Below are positions 49,843 through 61,484 of a stretch of DNA of 64,000 nucleotides, in pieces. The stretch lies in assembly GCA_964106915.2 (NCBI GenBank), contig OZ066915.1; one strand, written 5' to 3'. Source of the stretch: Podarcis gaigeae. Taxonomy: Eukaryota. The notes beneath the pieces are model-generated. The model had not been told where the DNA came from, searched no databases, and saw only the letters and a list, made by a program, of their open reading frames with translations. A program made the translations under genes and the position numbers. Position 1 is the first letter of the stretch, and each line of letters begins with the position of its first letter.

Positions 49843-49984
49843 AATCCAGTTTGCTTGCTCTGTATGTAAATTCCGAAGCTTTGATGATGAAGAAATGGAG
49901 AAGCATCTACAGAGCAAATTTCACAAGGAGGTCCTGCGATACATCGGGACCAAACTGCCTGACAAGACTGTAGAATTCCTGCAG
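49843..49984 (+). CDS. AKAP8: AKAP8 exon 10 (zinc finger 1)
   Basis: [29 protein letters not shown]; 142 nt, same length as the paralogous AKAP8L exon. Confidence 0.95.
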
Positions 49985-49993
49985 GTATGCTTA

Positions 49994-50303
49994 CAGTGGT
50001 GCCTCGCAAGACGAAAAGAATCCGTTCTGCGAGTCTCTTCGTCTAGCGGTTTTTTCGTCTTGCGAAGCAAGCCCATTGACGGATTAGTGCTATTAGCGGC
50101 TTTTAGCGGCTTATCAGTTTAGCGGATAAGCGGCTTAGAAAAAGGGGGGGAGGGGAAAAAACCCGCAGGAACTCGCAAGACATTTTCGTCTTGCGAAGCA
50201 AGCCCATAGGAAATTCGTTTTGCGAAGCACCTCCAAAACAGAAGACTCTTTCGTCTAGCGAGTTTTCCGTCTTGCGAGGCATTCATCTTGCGGGGCACCA
50301 CTG
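49994..50303 (+). mobile_element. Tc1/mariner MITE, subfamily C (CpG-rich, internal cgtcttgcga repeats)
   Basis: TA|CAGTGGTGCCTCGCAAGA...TCTTGCGGGGCACCACTG|TA. Confidence 0.9.
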
Positions 50304-50432
50304 TATTTGGGATTTTAAGTTGTGAACAAAAACAACTATCGGGTAACTGAACTGCTTCTGCTATCCAGTAATTGCGATTAATGCCCAAAGAATTGCTAGT
50401 GGTTATTTTTGTAAGTTTTTCTTAAACTAGGT

Positions 50433-50568
50433 CAGGCTTCCTCAACCTTAGCCCTCCAGATGTTTTGAGACTATAATTCCCATCATCCCTGACCACTGGT
50501 CCAGCTAGCTAGGGATCATGGGAGTTGTAGGCCAAAAACATCTGGAGGGCCGAGGTTGAGGAAGCCTG
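50433..50568. mobile_element. hAT MITE, near-palindromic, perfect 8-bp TSD
   Basis: CAGGCTTCCTCAACCT...AGGTTGAGGAAGCCTG flanked by aactaggt (50425-50432 and 50569-50576). Confidence 0.93.
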
Positions 50569-50868
50569 AACTAGGTTTTTTGTCAAGTTACTATCAAGTA
50601 ATTTGTTAATGCAGCATGTTTCTGGATAGTAGTGTCTAACTGGTTGGTCATTAGGGCTTAAGTTGATGAGTCCCACCTGAAAGTGTGAAGGAAAGATTGA
50701 AACAGAACTGTTAAGAAGCCATTATCCAGTGAACTACATAGTGATTGGAGATCACTAATTTGAGTGATTAGTGTATAGTTGCAATGTCACCTCTAGCTGG
50801 ACTTTTTACTCAGTTTTGGAGACAGTGACTTAGCTGATTACACATATTTTCTCCTTTACAATCCCCAG

Positions 50869-50962
50869 AAATATATAGTGAACAGAAATAAGAAAATTGG
50901 GAAGCGCCGACAAGTGCTAACGGAGAAGGATGGTCCAAAACAAAAACCAGATCCATTCAAAG
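50869..50962 (+). CDS. AKAP8: AKAP8 exon 11 ([15 protein letters not shown]...KPDPFK)
   Basis: atccccag / gtaagt. Confidence 0.92.
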
Positions 50963-51526
50963 GTAAGTGGAACACTATTAAGAATTCTCAACCCACCACC
51001 TAGAAAGTACAGTGCAGAAATCTCAACTTAAGCATCCATGACAAATGGTCATACAAACACTGCTTAAAAATCTCTAGTGAAGGTGAGTCCACTACCTTCT
51101 GATGGATTAGGCAGGCTGTTAACTGTTGCTGTGAGTTAGAGAGTACCCAGTTATTAAGAGCAGAGATGTTTCGACCAAAAAACAAGGTTATAGCCATTGT
51201 TGTAATAGTTCCCCCTATGTTTGGGTCATGTTGCCCTAGGATGTTATAGGGACAGACGAGCTAATGCTTGTGAGGAGTTTTGCAGTAGCAGCTGGGGTTT
51301 TTTTAATGGCATGACCATTATTGCTGTAGTGAGTTTTTTGCATTGGCCTTTGAATTCTCTTCTAGTTTCTCTGACCAACTGTTTCTTAGTTTGTATGCTT
51401 AAAATGATTAACATAGCCAATTTCTGGGAATGGTGTCAAAATAACTGCTTGAGAAATAACATACTACACCATTTTAATAGTTTATGTTCAGTTGTGTGTA
51501 TCTAATTTGTGTTTGTACCATTTCAG

Positions 51527-51657
51527 GAATTGGCCAGGAGCACTTTTTTAAAAAGATAGATGCTGCTCATTGTATGGCTTGTGATATGCTAATTCCTGCA
51601 CAACATCATCTTCTCCAGAGACACCTGAGGTCTGTTGATCACAACAGGAATCGCAGA
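51527..51657 (+). CDS. AKAP8: AKAP8 exon 12 (zinc finger 2)
   Basis: [44 protein letters not shown]; 131 nt. Confidence 0.95.
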
Positions 51658-53599
51658 GTAAGCAGTATTAGTATTTTCTATATGATTGATTAATGAAGTT
51701 CATTGATTTAGAAAACAGTCCATGTGTGCTTGCTTAACAAGTCCCACAGACTGCATGGGGCTTACTTGCTAGTGTGTTTAGTAATGCAGGCTTAGAAATT
51801 CTTTGATTGATTGCTATTCCATACCTGACACTTTTTTCAAATCTGGGATTTGCTTCTCAATTACAATTGAAAACCTATTTATGAAGGCATGACTAACTTG
51901 CTTTTTGGTTGCTAATAAATGATAGTATAGCATAGATTAAATATATTTCTGTGCAGCATTTCATTCAGAAAAATTGCAAAGCAGCTTACAAACAGTAAAT
52001 AACAATAACTTAATAGAAAATCACGATAGCCACATAAAGCATGTAGAATAATGAACAACTCATCAGTAAAACAATTACAATCCATCAATAAAACATTTAA
52101 AATCCATAAAACACTTAACAAAAGAACTAAAAAAAGGCTAAACAGCACAATTACAACAAAAAGTATATTATAGGATTCACAACATTCATAATGTATAAAA
52201 TAATATTAGCAACATTAGCAAAATAGCAATTAAAAATTATCTTAGGACTGATTAATTCATACACACCCTCACCACCTCCATGACTCATAATCTTCCACTC
52301 TATTCAGTTCACTAAAGGACACTTAAACATAATGCCTGTGGGAGCAACTCCATTCTGAAGGCTCTTCGGCTGGAGGGTGGGGCAAGGCATTGCCTGATGG
52401 CCATCATAAAATCTCTCTCCCTTTTCTCTCCTATGTCTGGGACTCAACCTAAGAGTTATTTCACTATATAGGAAAAGCAAGTGCAGGTGATTTGAATGCC
52501 TTCTGGGTGAGTCATGGCTCTTAGCTCAAGGGCATGAGTGTCTCTGTATCTCCTTTTCGAAATAGGAAAACTATCAAACCACTTTCGTGAGGTTTCAGCA
52601 AAACATTCTTTTATGTACACTCTACTTTTTAAAAAGTGCCAATAATATGCATGGTTTTTCCAGTTTGAGAGACCATAATAATGGCACCTGTAGCTACAAA
52701 AGAGGAGAACTTTATTGGAGTATGAGTAAAGTTACAGTGCTTGATTTTTCCTTAGAGTCCCTGAAAGACTTAAGTCTGTGATAGGGCTAGGAACAGTGAT
52801 GGGCAGAATAGAGGAATACATAGGCTACATAGATTACACCTACATTTGATAAACGCTTGAATAGTTTGATGACACATGTGTAACTTGCCATGTTACAACT
52901 GAAACTTGGATATAATGGCTTCTACTTTGGCCTGAAGGAAAATTTAGCCAACGTATCTTCATTGTGTAAGAAGAGAAGGTGCAAATTGGTTCTGTACTTA
53001 CGCAGTATGTATTGAAGTTTCCCTTATGAAACTATTAAATATAAACAGTTGGATAAAAGCACTATAGAAACCTCATTTCGGTTTTGGTTACACTTCTGAT
53101 AGTGAAATAAGCCCCCTTTGGTAGTAAAGATGCCCAAATAAATCTATTAGTTCATATAAAGCATATTTTAGTTTCCTGTCCTATACTCACTTTTTATAAA
53201 CTTGCGTCATTTTGATTACCGTGTATTGGATCCAGAGTTGCCCTTCTGTTCATTGATGCTATTCCATTTGTTGAAGGGACTGCAATCCAGCAGAAGCTTC
53301 TGCTGGAGGAAGAGCTGTTTTTTGTTTTTGTCATTTTATAGAAATACTCCAAATATAGAACAAAACCCTAGCTCCAGCATAACGTAAGTTGAAAATGCCT
53401 AGGCAGAAGCATCACCAGGATGTCTATGGCAAGAGCTTTTCACTGACCATATTTACTCTTAAGTATTTTTTCTTTTACAAAGTCTTGAGTGCCTAGTGCC
53501 GCAAAAGTGATGGCTGTAAAATAAGGAAGATAACCAGAATTGCAGCATTCTTATTTTCTACTTGGGCATCATATTGACTTGTGTTTCTACACTTCCTAG

Positions 53600-53695
53600 A
53601 TGGCAGCTGAACATTTCAAGAAGGCTAGTTTCCACGTAGCTAAGAGTGTTCTGAATAGCAAGCACATTGTGAAAATGCTAGAAAAGTACCTCAAG
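53600..53695 (+). CDS. AKAP8: AKAP8 exon 13 ([32 protein letters not shown])
   Basis: ttcctag / gtaagt; 96 nt. Confidence 0.93.
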
Positions 53696-53952
53696 GTAAG
53701 TAAGTAAGCAGGATGTTTGCTGTGTAGTCCTGCTTTTTCACAGAGCAAGAGCGCAGGAGCTTCAGCTTGGCCTCAACAGAGCATTACAGTAATATTGCTG
53801 AGTGTGCTGCATGTGTCTTTTCACATAAGATGGAGGGAAGCAAAATTATTTCTTTGCGTTCTTATGTATAATCTGAGCCTTGATTAGTGTCTTCCTCTCT
53901 AGCATTCACTCCCACTCCTCCCAGATGTGTTGGATACTCATACTAGCAGACA

Positions 53953-54280
53953 CTGGCTGTATTCACACATTACACTAAACTGTAGTTAAAGGCTTAAAAT
54001 GAATGCATATACAGGTTTCATTCACTCCTCCCCAAGCAGTGCAAGCAGAAGCGAGAAATGGCAGTCCCTGGTTTAGCATTATGTCCAAACCTGGGGTCAT
54101 GGTTTATTTCACAGCAAACAAATCATGATTAGGAAACCAAGAACAAACCTTGGATTCACACTGATTTGCTAGAAGTGAAACAAACCACAATCCCAGGTTC
54201 AGGCATAATGCTAAACTAGGGATCTGCATTTTTATGGCAAACCATTTACTGTGGCTTACTGTGATGTGTTAACGTGGCCA
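53953..54280. mobile_element. Old palindromic non-autonomous DNA element (possibly PIF/Harbinger type)
   Basis: Imperfect TIRs ctggctgtattcacacattacactaaac / gcttactgtgatgtgttaacgtggccag; internal inverted pair ggtttagcattatg / cataatgctaaact; relatives near 41370-41560 and 47370-47660. Confidence 0.55.
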
Positions 54281-55204
54281 GTATAGAAGAAACTTATAGC
54301 TGCTTACAACTAGATTAATTAGCAAAATAAATACTATCCTCAGGCTACCCTCTGCTAATATAAAATATAGCTGTGTTGAGGGGGAGCATTGTGCCCAACC
54401 TAAGCACCGCTTGAAAATTTATCTAGTTGGTTGAGAAAAAGCATTTTTTTCTTGCTCACAGCACGGAGTGGACTTTCTTGACTAGAAAGGTAATGCTGAT
54501 TTCCCTAATGAGTTTTCAGTTTTCGTGTTAACTTGGGAATTAACTTGGGAACAGCATCCAAAGTCAAAGCAAATTTTGTTAGACCCAATGTTATTCCAAA
54601 TATCACATGTGGGAGAAAGTTGACATCAGGTGATCTGATCTCAACTGTTGGACAGTGCATGACATGAGTGAGACAGGGACTCTCCAAAATATTTCACTAT
54701 GGCTCTGTAAATCAAACTAGACTTTTCCCCTGCTGAGAATGGAAAAGACGCCACTTATCCCCAAAGCAGGGACGTGATGAGCCAATAATGGGAAGTGTGG
54801 TAGCCTAGATGAGTATTTGCAGGTCATGTGGAGACTCCTGTGTGACCATTGAGGGTTTGCTGATGAAGCATACATGGCCATATGTAATTGGTGAGTTCCA
54901 CTTTTGATAGGAAAGCCTGCAGCCATCTGACCAGGTGAAGACGAAAAGACACAAGTTTGGCTGCTCCTATACCTGGGAATCCAGGAGCATCCCAAGATTC
55001 AACAGAACCCTCTCATGGCAAGCATAACTAATGGGGGAGCAGATGTTGTCATTTCCTCTACATGTCTTCTCTGTCCCTATGGCAACACTTCGGTCTTAAC
55101 CAGACTGAGTTTCTGCCAATTAACTAGTCTCTGCTAGACAGACACTAGTAAAACTGAGACTCTGCTCTCTGGGTCCAGTGAAAAAAAAATAAGCTGAGCA
55201 CATC

Positions 55205-55570
55205 AGCTTGTAGTTGACACTGATGGCCTATTTACTGAGGCTGTGTTCTCCCAGCGGCCTCTCATACACGTTGAACAAGAGGGGTGACAGAATAAACCCT
55301 GCGTAGCTCGCATGAGAGAGCCCTTGGGGCAGATGAGCAGTTGCCCAGTGCCACCCTCTGGGATCTCTCGGAGGAAAAAATGGAACCACTCAAGCGCAAC
55401 TCCGTCTACCCCTGCTAGGGTCCGCAGGTGCCTCAGCAACACCTCATGATCAACAGTATCAAAGGCTGCCGACAGGTCTAACAGAATCAGCATGGACACC
55501 TGAACTTTGTCCATCAGCAGGAGGAGATCTTCGACCCACCCAGCACAGTCTCCGTACCATACCCAGGTGC
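55205..55570 (-). mobile_element. Decayed L2-type LINE reverse-transcriptase fragment
   Basis: ORF 55203..55826 contains LILLDLSAAFDTVDHEVLLRHL...GVDGVALEWF, a canonical RT motif; the frame then breaks down. Confidence 0.85.
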
Positions 55571-57034
55571 AAAACCAGGCTGAGAGGGGTGAAGGAAATC
55601 TGAGGATTCCAGGTAATGCCAGAGCTGCCCCATCAAAAATCTTCTCAGCACCTTCCCCAAGAAAGGAAGGCTGGAGGCAGGGTGATGCAGTTGGCATCAA
55701 GAAATTATTCTTGAACATTGGCATATTACTTCCTCCCTTAAAGGATGCTGGCACCTTGCCCTTCCTGAGGAAGCTTTTGACTTTGAATCCCCACCCCTTT
55801 AATTGGCGATTAATGGACACATCCAAATCGCGGGGTAGAGCCTAGAGCTCTGAAACTACAGAACATCAGTGAATAAAGCTGGTTGGCTGATTTTCAGTCA
55901 AAGAAGATGGCGCTACTTGTCTTTCACCTGCATGGATCTTCTTTCATGGAGGCAGTTAGTCTCCAACTGGGTCATAAAATATAAATGTTTAGTTGCTAGG
56001 TGCAGAAATCCTTGGCAGTACTGTATCTGGCCCAATTTTTGTGGGTTGGGACTGCATGGATATAGATGGAAAAGCAGGACTCCAGAAGAGAACTTGGAAC
56101 TCATGTGCCTCATGAGTATTGTGGTTCAGAAATTGTCACTTGAATTTGATCAGGTTAAGGGCTAGATTTCTGCACTGGCATGCTGCCTTTCCGTTGTACA
56201 TCAGTTGCAGGTCAGCCACGAGTGATCCACAAAAGCAGGGTAGGGTGGGGGAGAGAATGGTTTTAATCCCCGTACATGACAGACATTGGTTTTGAGAATC
56301 AGCAGAACAACACTAGTTTCCATATGGTGTTTCCTTTAATAAAGAACAGAAATTCTAGCAAGAGCAAAAGAGAGGACTGACCCTGATATGGTCAGTGACA
56401 AGCCATGACCTCAGTCTGAATGAGTTTGGTGTGACTGCTGTATGAGTGGTTCCCAGTACAGTCATTCCCTTAGGTTTCTTGGACACAAAGAGTGTTCTGC
56501 TTAATGAGATCACAAAAATGTATGAGTACTCATCATTGGTTTATAGCCATATGTCAGCATCTAGACTTGCTAGTGTTGAATAGTGTGGTGAGAGAGTTGA
56601 GCACTTCATAGCTGTGATTCAACTGGGTATTTCCTAAAAACAGTTTCTGCCTCTAAGCTGAAGGCTCAAAGGGTGTGTTGAAAATTATTTAAGATTCCAC
56701 TGGATTTTTCTATTATAGAATTACATCTCTTGATGCTACAGTAAATATACTGCAGCAAAGTGCATTCCAATCTTACTCCTGTGAGGCAGACACATTGTCA
56801 GCTTTCCAAATAGTACCACAGGCTTTAGGGTGCTGGCAGGCACATGTGAAAGAATTTAGCAAAAATGTGGTCTGTTAAGTTGTTTGAGGCAAGAAAGGCT
56901 ATTGTGCTTTGAAGTGAGGGTGCTCAAATTTCAATCACTCAGTTGCAAACTTCTGCATTCTAGGTATGAGGCTGTCTAAGGGAGGTTCAGACAATTTTGT
57001 GAGTAAGTAATAATATGCTTCTTCCCTTTGTCAG

Positions 57035-57475
57035 GGTGAGGACCCATTTACAGATGAAAACGTTGACCAAGATGTTGATGACTCTGGAGCCTTAGAGGGG
57101 GCAGAAGCTGAAAAGGCTACAGAAAGTGCTGCAGTAGAGAGAAAAGAGAGTGTTGCAGATGAGATCACAACCACTGAAGTCAGTGAAACTGCTAAACCAG
57201 AAGGGGATGAGAGAGCTTGCTCTACTATAACCTTTTCTGAAGATAAATCTGCAGAGGAGGAGGAGCAGGGAAAAGAGAGAATCAAACCAGTAGGAACAAC
57301 AGAGGGACTGTCTGCCCATCCTCAAAAAAGCCTTGAAGTGAGAGCAGCAGAAAGCCAAGTGGAGGAACAAGAGCATTTGAAGATGGGAGAAGGGAACTCT
57401 ACGGAAATGGCAACAGCTGAAAATAGTGACACCAAGGAGGAACCAGTTATTGTAGCAAATGCAGAGCTGCAATAG
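57035..57475 (+). CDS. AKAP8: AKAP8 last exon (GEDPFTD + acidic tail)
   Basis: cttccctttgtcag acceptor; 147 codons to TAG 57473-57475. Confidence 0.92.
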   Translation, partial: GEDPFTDENVDQDVDDSGALEGAEAEKATESAAVERKESVADEITTTEVSETAKPEGDERACSTITFSEDKSAEEEEQGKERIKPVGTTEGLSAHPQKSLEVRAAESQVEEQEHLKMGEGNSTEMATAENSDTKEEPVIVANAELQ

Positions 57476-58172
57476 GAATGACCATATAAATGATTGTATA
57501 AATTGATTGTATGAAGATGATTTTGACTGGCTTAGCTGTATAACCCCCCCCCCCAATACACCCTGGAAAAAAACTTATGTCAGTGCAGTACCTGTATGTG
57601 CATTTCTAGGGTGCTGCCAATTTTGTTATTGATTTGAAGAAAGGAATTCATCTATTCTGTTATGGAAGCAGTCTTGTGCTTCATTGTTGTAGAAGGCTGT
57701 ATATTCCCCAAGAAAGGTTTGATGACTTACTCATTGTAGAATGAACAATACGATTTGAAAAAAAAGCAAAGTTGTTAATCATTCAGCTCCTCCCAGGTGT
57801 TCATTTTTCAGTATTGAAGGAATATAGCTTAATTTGGAAACGAAATTTGGCCTCTTTATGAAGGAGTAGATTAGTTAAGTGTGTGTGTGTGTTCTTGCTT
57901 GTGAAAATGTTTGCTCATTTAAGTTCCTAAAGAAAAGACTTGCTGCCTCGAAAACTGTTACTTTCTTTATCCAGTTTGCTATATTGCATGAAAATAGCAT
58001 CTGTAACTTGTTTTTAAGCACCAAGATGATTGTGTATCACACTGGGGTTATCATTTCTACTGAGCACTATTTCAGATTTTCTGGCTAGCAAGCTGCAGCT
58101 AGTACATGATGCTGGTACAGAGGCATAGCCTAAGGGAGAAAAGTTATACCACCACTGAATCTCCATCCTCTT

Positions 58173-58376
58173 AATAAAAATCACAAACGTATCATTCATG
58201 GAGTGAATTGCCAAATATTGCCCTGCGAGTATTGAAGAAGTACCAAGACCAGCAAAATAAAAGCAGATTTGTGAGTGTTAGGATTGATGCTCATAGTTAA
58301 AGCTTTAAGAGTGTAATGGAGCACTATTTGTAAAGAAAACAACAACCCCGGTCTTTTGTCTTAGCAGTTAAATAAA
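58173..58376 (+). terminator. Cluster of AATAAA signals (58173, 58256, 58371), likely AKAP8 3' end
   Basis: Three canonical hexamers 0.7-0.9 kb after the stop, just before repeat-derived sequence begins. Confidence 0.6.
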
Positions 58377-58679
58377 CTTCTGAAACTGAAAACCTAGTAT
58401 CTTACATTTAGTTGGCTCCAAAACATGTGCTGTCTTAACAATGTGGTCACATTATTGCTCATGTTAGAAGAGCAGTTGACTGACTGCTGTCTAGAACACA
58501 CACATCCCACACTCACTAATGCCAGAGCTACCATACAAGGAAAATAAATTATCTCTGCTGTGCGGTTGAAGGAGAGGAATAAATATTAAATCCAGTTTCT
58601 ATATCAAAAGCATTCATTGATAATCTAGAGCCAGGGTGAGCGGTGAGGTAGTCGGGCTTGTGGCTGATACCAAAGGTTC

Positions 58680-59050
58680 CATACCAGGGATCGTTAGGAA
58701 ATGAGTTGAAAATAAAACTGCAACAACATTTTGAGTACTGCATACAGTTCTGGTTTCCTGATTTCAAGATACTATAGAGCTGGGAAAAGTTCAGAAAAGG
58801 ACAACCAAAATTATCCAAGTCCTCATAAGGAAAGGTTACAGCATTCAGGGCTTTTTAGTTTAGAGAAAAGCTGGGATATTATTTAGGTGTATAAGATGGT
58901 GCATAGTGTGGAGAAGGTTGACAGAAAAGTTTATCCATCATCATACTCGAATCCAGGGCCATCCTTATGAAGTTATAATGGTGGAAGATTCAGAACAGAC
59001 AAAAATAAAAGTACTGCTTCACACTGCACAAATAACTTGGAGTTGCTCCC
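58680..59050 (+). mobile_element. CR1 LINE 3' fragment
   Basis: ttgagtactgcatacagttctgg (LEYC.QFW-like) ...gaaaagttcagaaaaggacaaccaaa...ggaagattcagaacagacaaaa typical of the CR1 ORF2 end. Confidence 0.75.
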
Positions 59051-59132
59051 AGAAGATGGGAATATGACACATTGAACTGAATATCCCACGACTTTGACTT
59101 GATACTACTTAGAAGTTATCTTTGCATTGACA

Positions 59133-59306
59133 CTTGGTAGTAGAGCATGTGTTTTCACACACACAACAGCCCGGATTCAATCCCTGGTATTTCCAGTTAA
59201 ATGGTTCAGTCTCAGCCAAGGCTCTGGAGGACTGCTGCAAATCAGAGGAGGCAGCACAGTACTACATGGACAAATAGTTGGACCTGGTATAAGGAAGCTT
59301 CCTATA
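59133..59306 (+). mobile_element. tRNA-derived SINE
   Basis: gtagagcatgtg...ggattcaatccctggtatttccagtta head, ggtataaggaagcttcctat tail. Confidence 0.6.
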
Positions 59307-60195
59307 TAAATATTGATACCATTATTTGAATTCATGCAACTTCCCATTCTTATATTTCACCACAAATCGTTCCTTTTCAATAAGCACTTTAATGGTTTAT
59401 CACTGAATAAAATGAATGGTAACAATAGAAAGTTGCATGAAGGAATTGCCAATTATTACATGACAATCAGGCTAAGATAGAAGAGTGAGCGATCCTCCCT
59501 TAAGTAACTGCAGCCATAGTTAAGAGCAGTGTAATCGGTCAATTCCCACTTCACATTAAGAAGTAGTAATTCCCGCCCCGTAATCTACCTCCATGAGGAC
59601 AGCTTTTGCATCTATAACAAAATCATCTTTGTGCAGTTGAACCTTGAACAGTGGACATTCTCAGCAGGTTATACAGGTTAAAACAGGTCCCTGCCAAAAC
59701 AGCTGGTGCTCTACTGAGACTAAGCTTGCCTGTGCATATACACAATTGGCCTGCCTGGGATGAACCATTACTTGTTCCCCTCTCCCTCCTTGAGAGCAGA
59801 ATACTCCTTTGTGATGGACCACTCCTTGGCATGTGCTTTGTACAGTACAGTATATTGCAAATCAGACTCTGTTTTCCTTGGGTCTGCTTTTGTCATCAAA
59901 GTAATGAAGCATGCATGACAAAAACCCGTTTGATTAGAGCTAGGTGCTGGCTGGAAAGGGGGGAGCAGAATAATTGTTCAATCATGTTCTTTACAAATTT
60001 GAAAATGTAGTCTGAATGTAGAATCTTGTGGGTAAAGCAGTCTCTCAACTCCAGACCAGGTTCTCTCATTGCCTACAGACTGTTTAGTTATAAAGATCTC
60101 TTTGTGGTGCTATGACATGTACTGTATATGCTAAGCTTCAATTTATGGTCTTCACTAGCAGTTAACTTTTGTATATGTGAGGGAAGTTACAACTA

Positions 60196-60426
60196 CAGTG
60201 GTACCTCAGGTTACAGACGCTTCAGTTTACATATGCTTCAGGTTACAAACTCCGCTAACTCAGAAATAGTGCTTCAGGTTAAGAACTTTGCTTCAGGACG
60301 AGAACAGAAATTGTGCTGCGGCAGCGGGAGGCCCCATTAGCTAAAGTGGTGCTTCAGGTTAAGAACAGTCTCAGGTTAAGAACGGACCTTCGGAACGAAT
60401 TAAGTACTTTACCCGAGGTACCACTG
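60196..60426 (+). mobile_element. Tc1/mariner MITE, subfamily A
   Basis: TA|CAGTGGTACCTC...GAGGTACCACTG|TA; near-identical to 19945-20162. Confidence 0.92.
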
Positions 60427-60734
60427 TACTGTAAATCACACACAAAAAGCCCACATAACTTATCTGGCTAAGGTAACATTTCCCCCATTATATAGGAGCA
60501 TTTGTAAGTCGGAGAGCACACAGTGAGCATAACTCATTACTGAGTTAGATGGACTAATGATCTGCTTCAATATATGGCAGCTCCCAAAATTCCTATGATA
60601 TGTGCATTAGTGTTCTATTCCAGTATTACAGATAACCTACCTCATTAACATATGCATTCCTATCTCTAATCCACCACCACCAGTAGACATGACACTTCTC
60701 TTTTATTTGTACGCTCGGGTACAAATAAATTAAT

Positions 60735-60930
60735 GGGGCTTATTTATTGCATTTAGATCTCTCCTTTCCTCCAAGGAGCTCAAGGTTTTCTTCTTCCCCA
60801 TTTCATCTTTCCAACAGCCCTGTGAGATAGTTGGGTCAAGACAGTGACTGGCCAAAGGTCACTCAGTTTGGTGAGTGTGCTACTGCTGCACACATTTTCG
60901 GCCGAGTTGGGACTTAAAACCTGGTCCTAA
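60735..60930 (-). mobile_element. MIR/CORE-like SINE remnant
   Basis: ccaaggagctcaagg...acagccctgtgagatag...agtgactggccaaaggtcactcag...gggacttaaaacctggtc; similar remnant near 47890-48050. Confidence 0.6.
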
Positions 60931-61484
60931 TCTGACAGAGCTTTTTTCCCCAGCCAGAACTCAGTTCCAGCACTTCTCAGGTGGGCGCCATTGCTATTAT
61001 AAGAGAAACAAGGGAGGCATTCGTGGCGAGTTCAAGCACCTCTTTTTTATATATAAAAAATTGCACAGTTAACACTCTAACCACTACTCCAACTTACTCT
61101 CAAGTAACTGGATATAGGAAAGCAGCCCAAATGTTTTAAATGCCGAAGTAACTTCTGGGTTTTGTTGTAAGCTGCCACTTTCCTTTGCATAAGATATAGC
61201 TGCTGACTGCTGTAGCTGTAGTTTGGAAAGCAGCCCAGATGCCACCTTTCTTGAATTACGCAGAAGGTCATCCCATTTCTAAAGCTAGCAATACTTTTAA
61301 CAGTTCATAGGCAACCTTATGATCTTCTCCTGCTACTAAATGGCCACTGTTCTGTTTCCTATTAAATGTTTCTCACTGTCCACTACACGCCCTATTACAC
61401 GAGGACAGCAGCTGGGAAGTTTCCATTCATTTAATAGTTATTACAACAAGTAAGATGAACTGTGTTGCTTGAGGGTACTAAAAC

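Larger units (their letters stand above)
40105..57475 (+). other. AKAP8: AKAP8 (AKAP95) gene, 14 coding exons, 2124 nt CDS, 707 aa
   Basis: Spliced product MDQGYGYSSWG...NSDSIIAKINQRLDMLSKEG...[30 protein letters not shown]...[26 protein letters not shown]...MLEKYLKGEDPFT matches AKAP8; frame closes. Confidence 0.95.

Noticed and set aside
55203-55826. 207-aa minus-strand ORF with an RT motif as a domesticated gene
   Set aside because: Only a short part resembles RT, the frame degenerates before the catalytic YADD region, and there is no promoter or splice support; a decayed L2 copy
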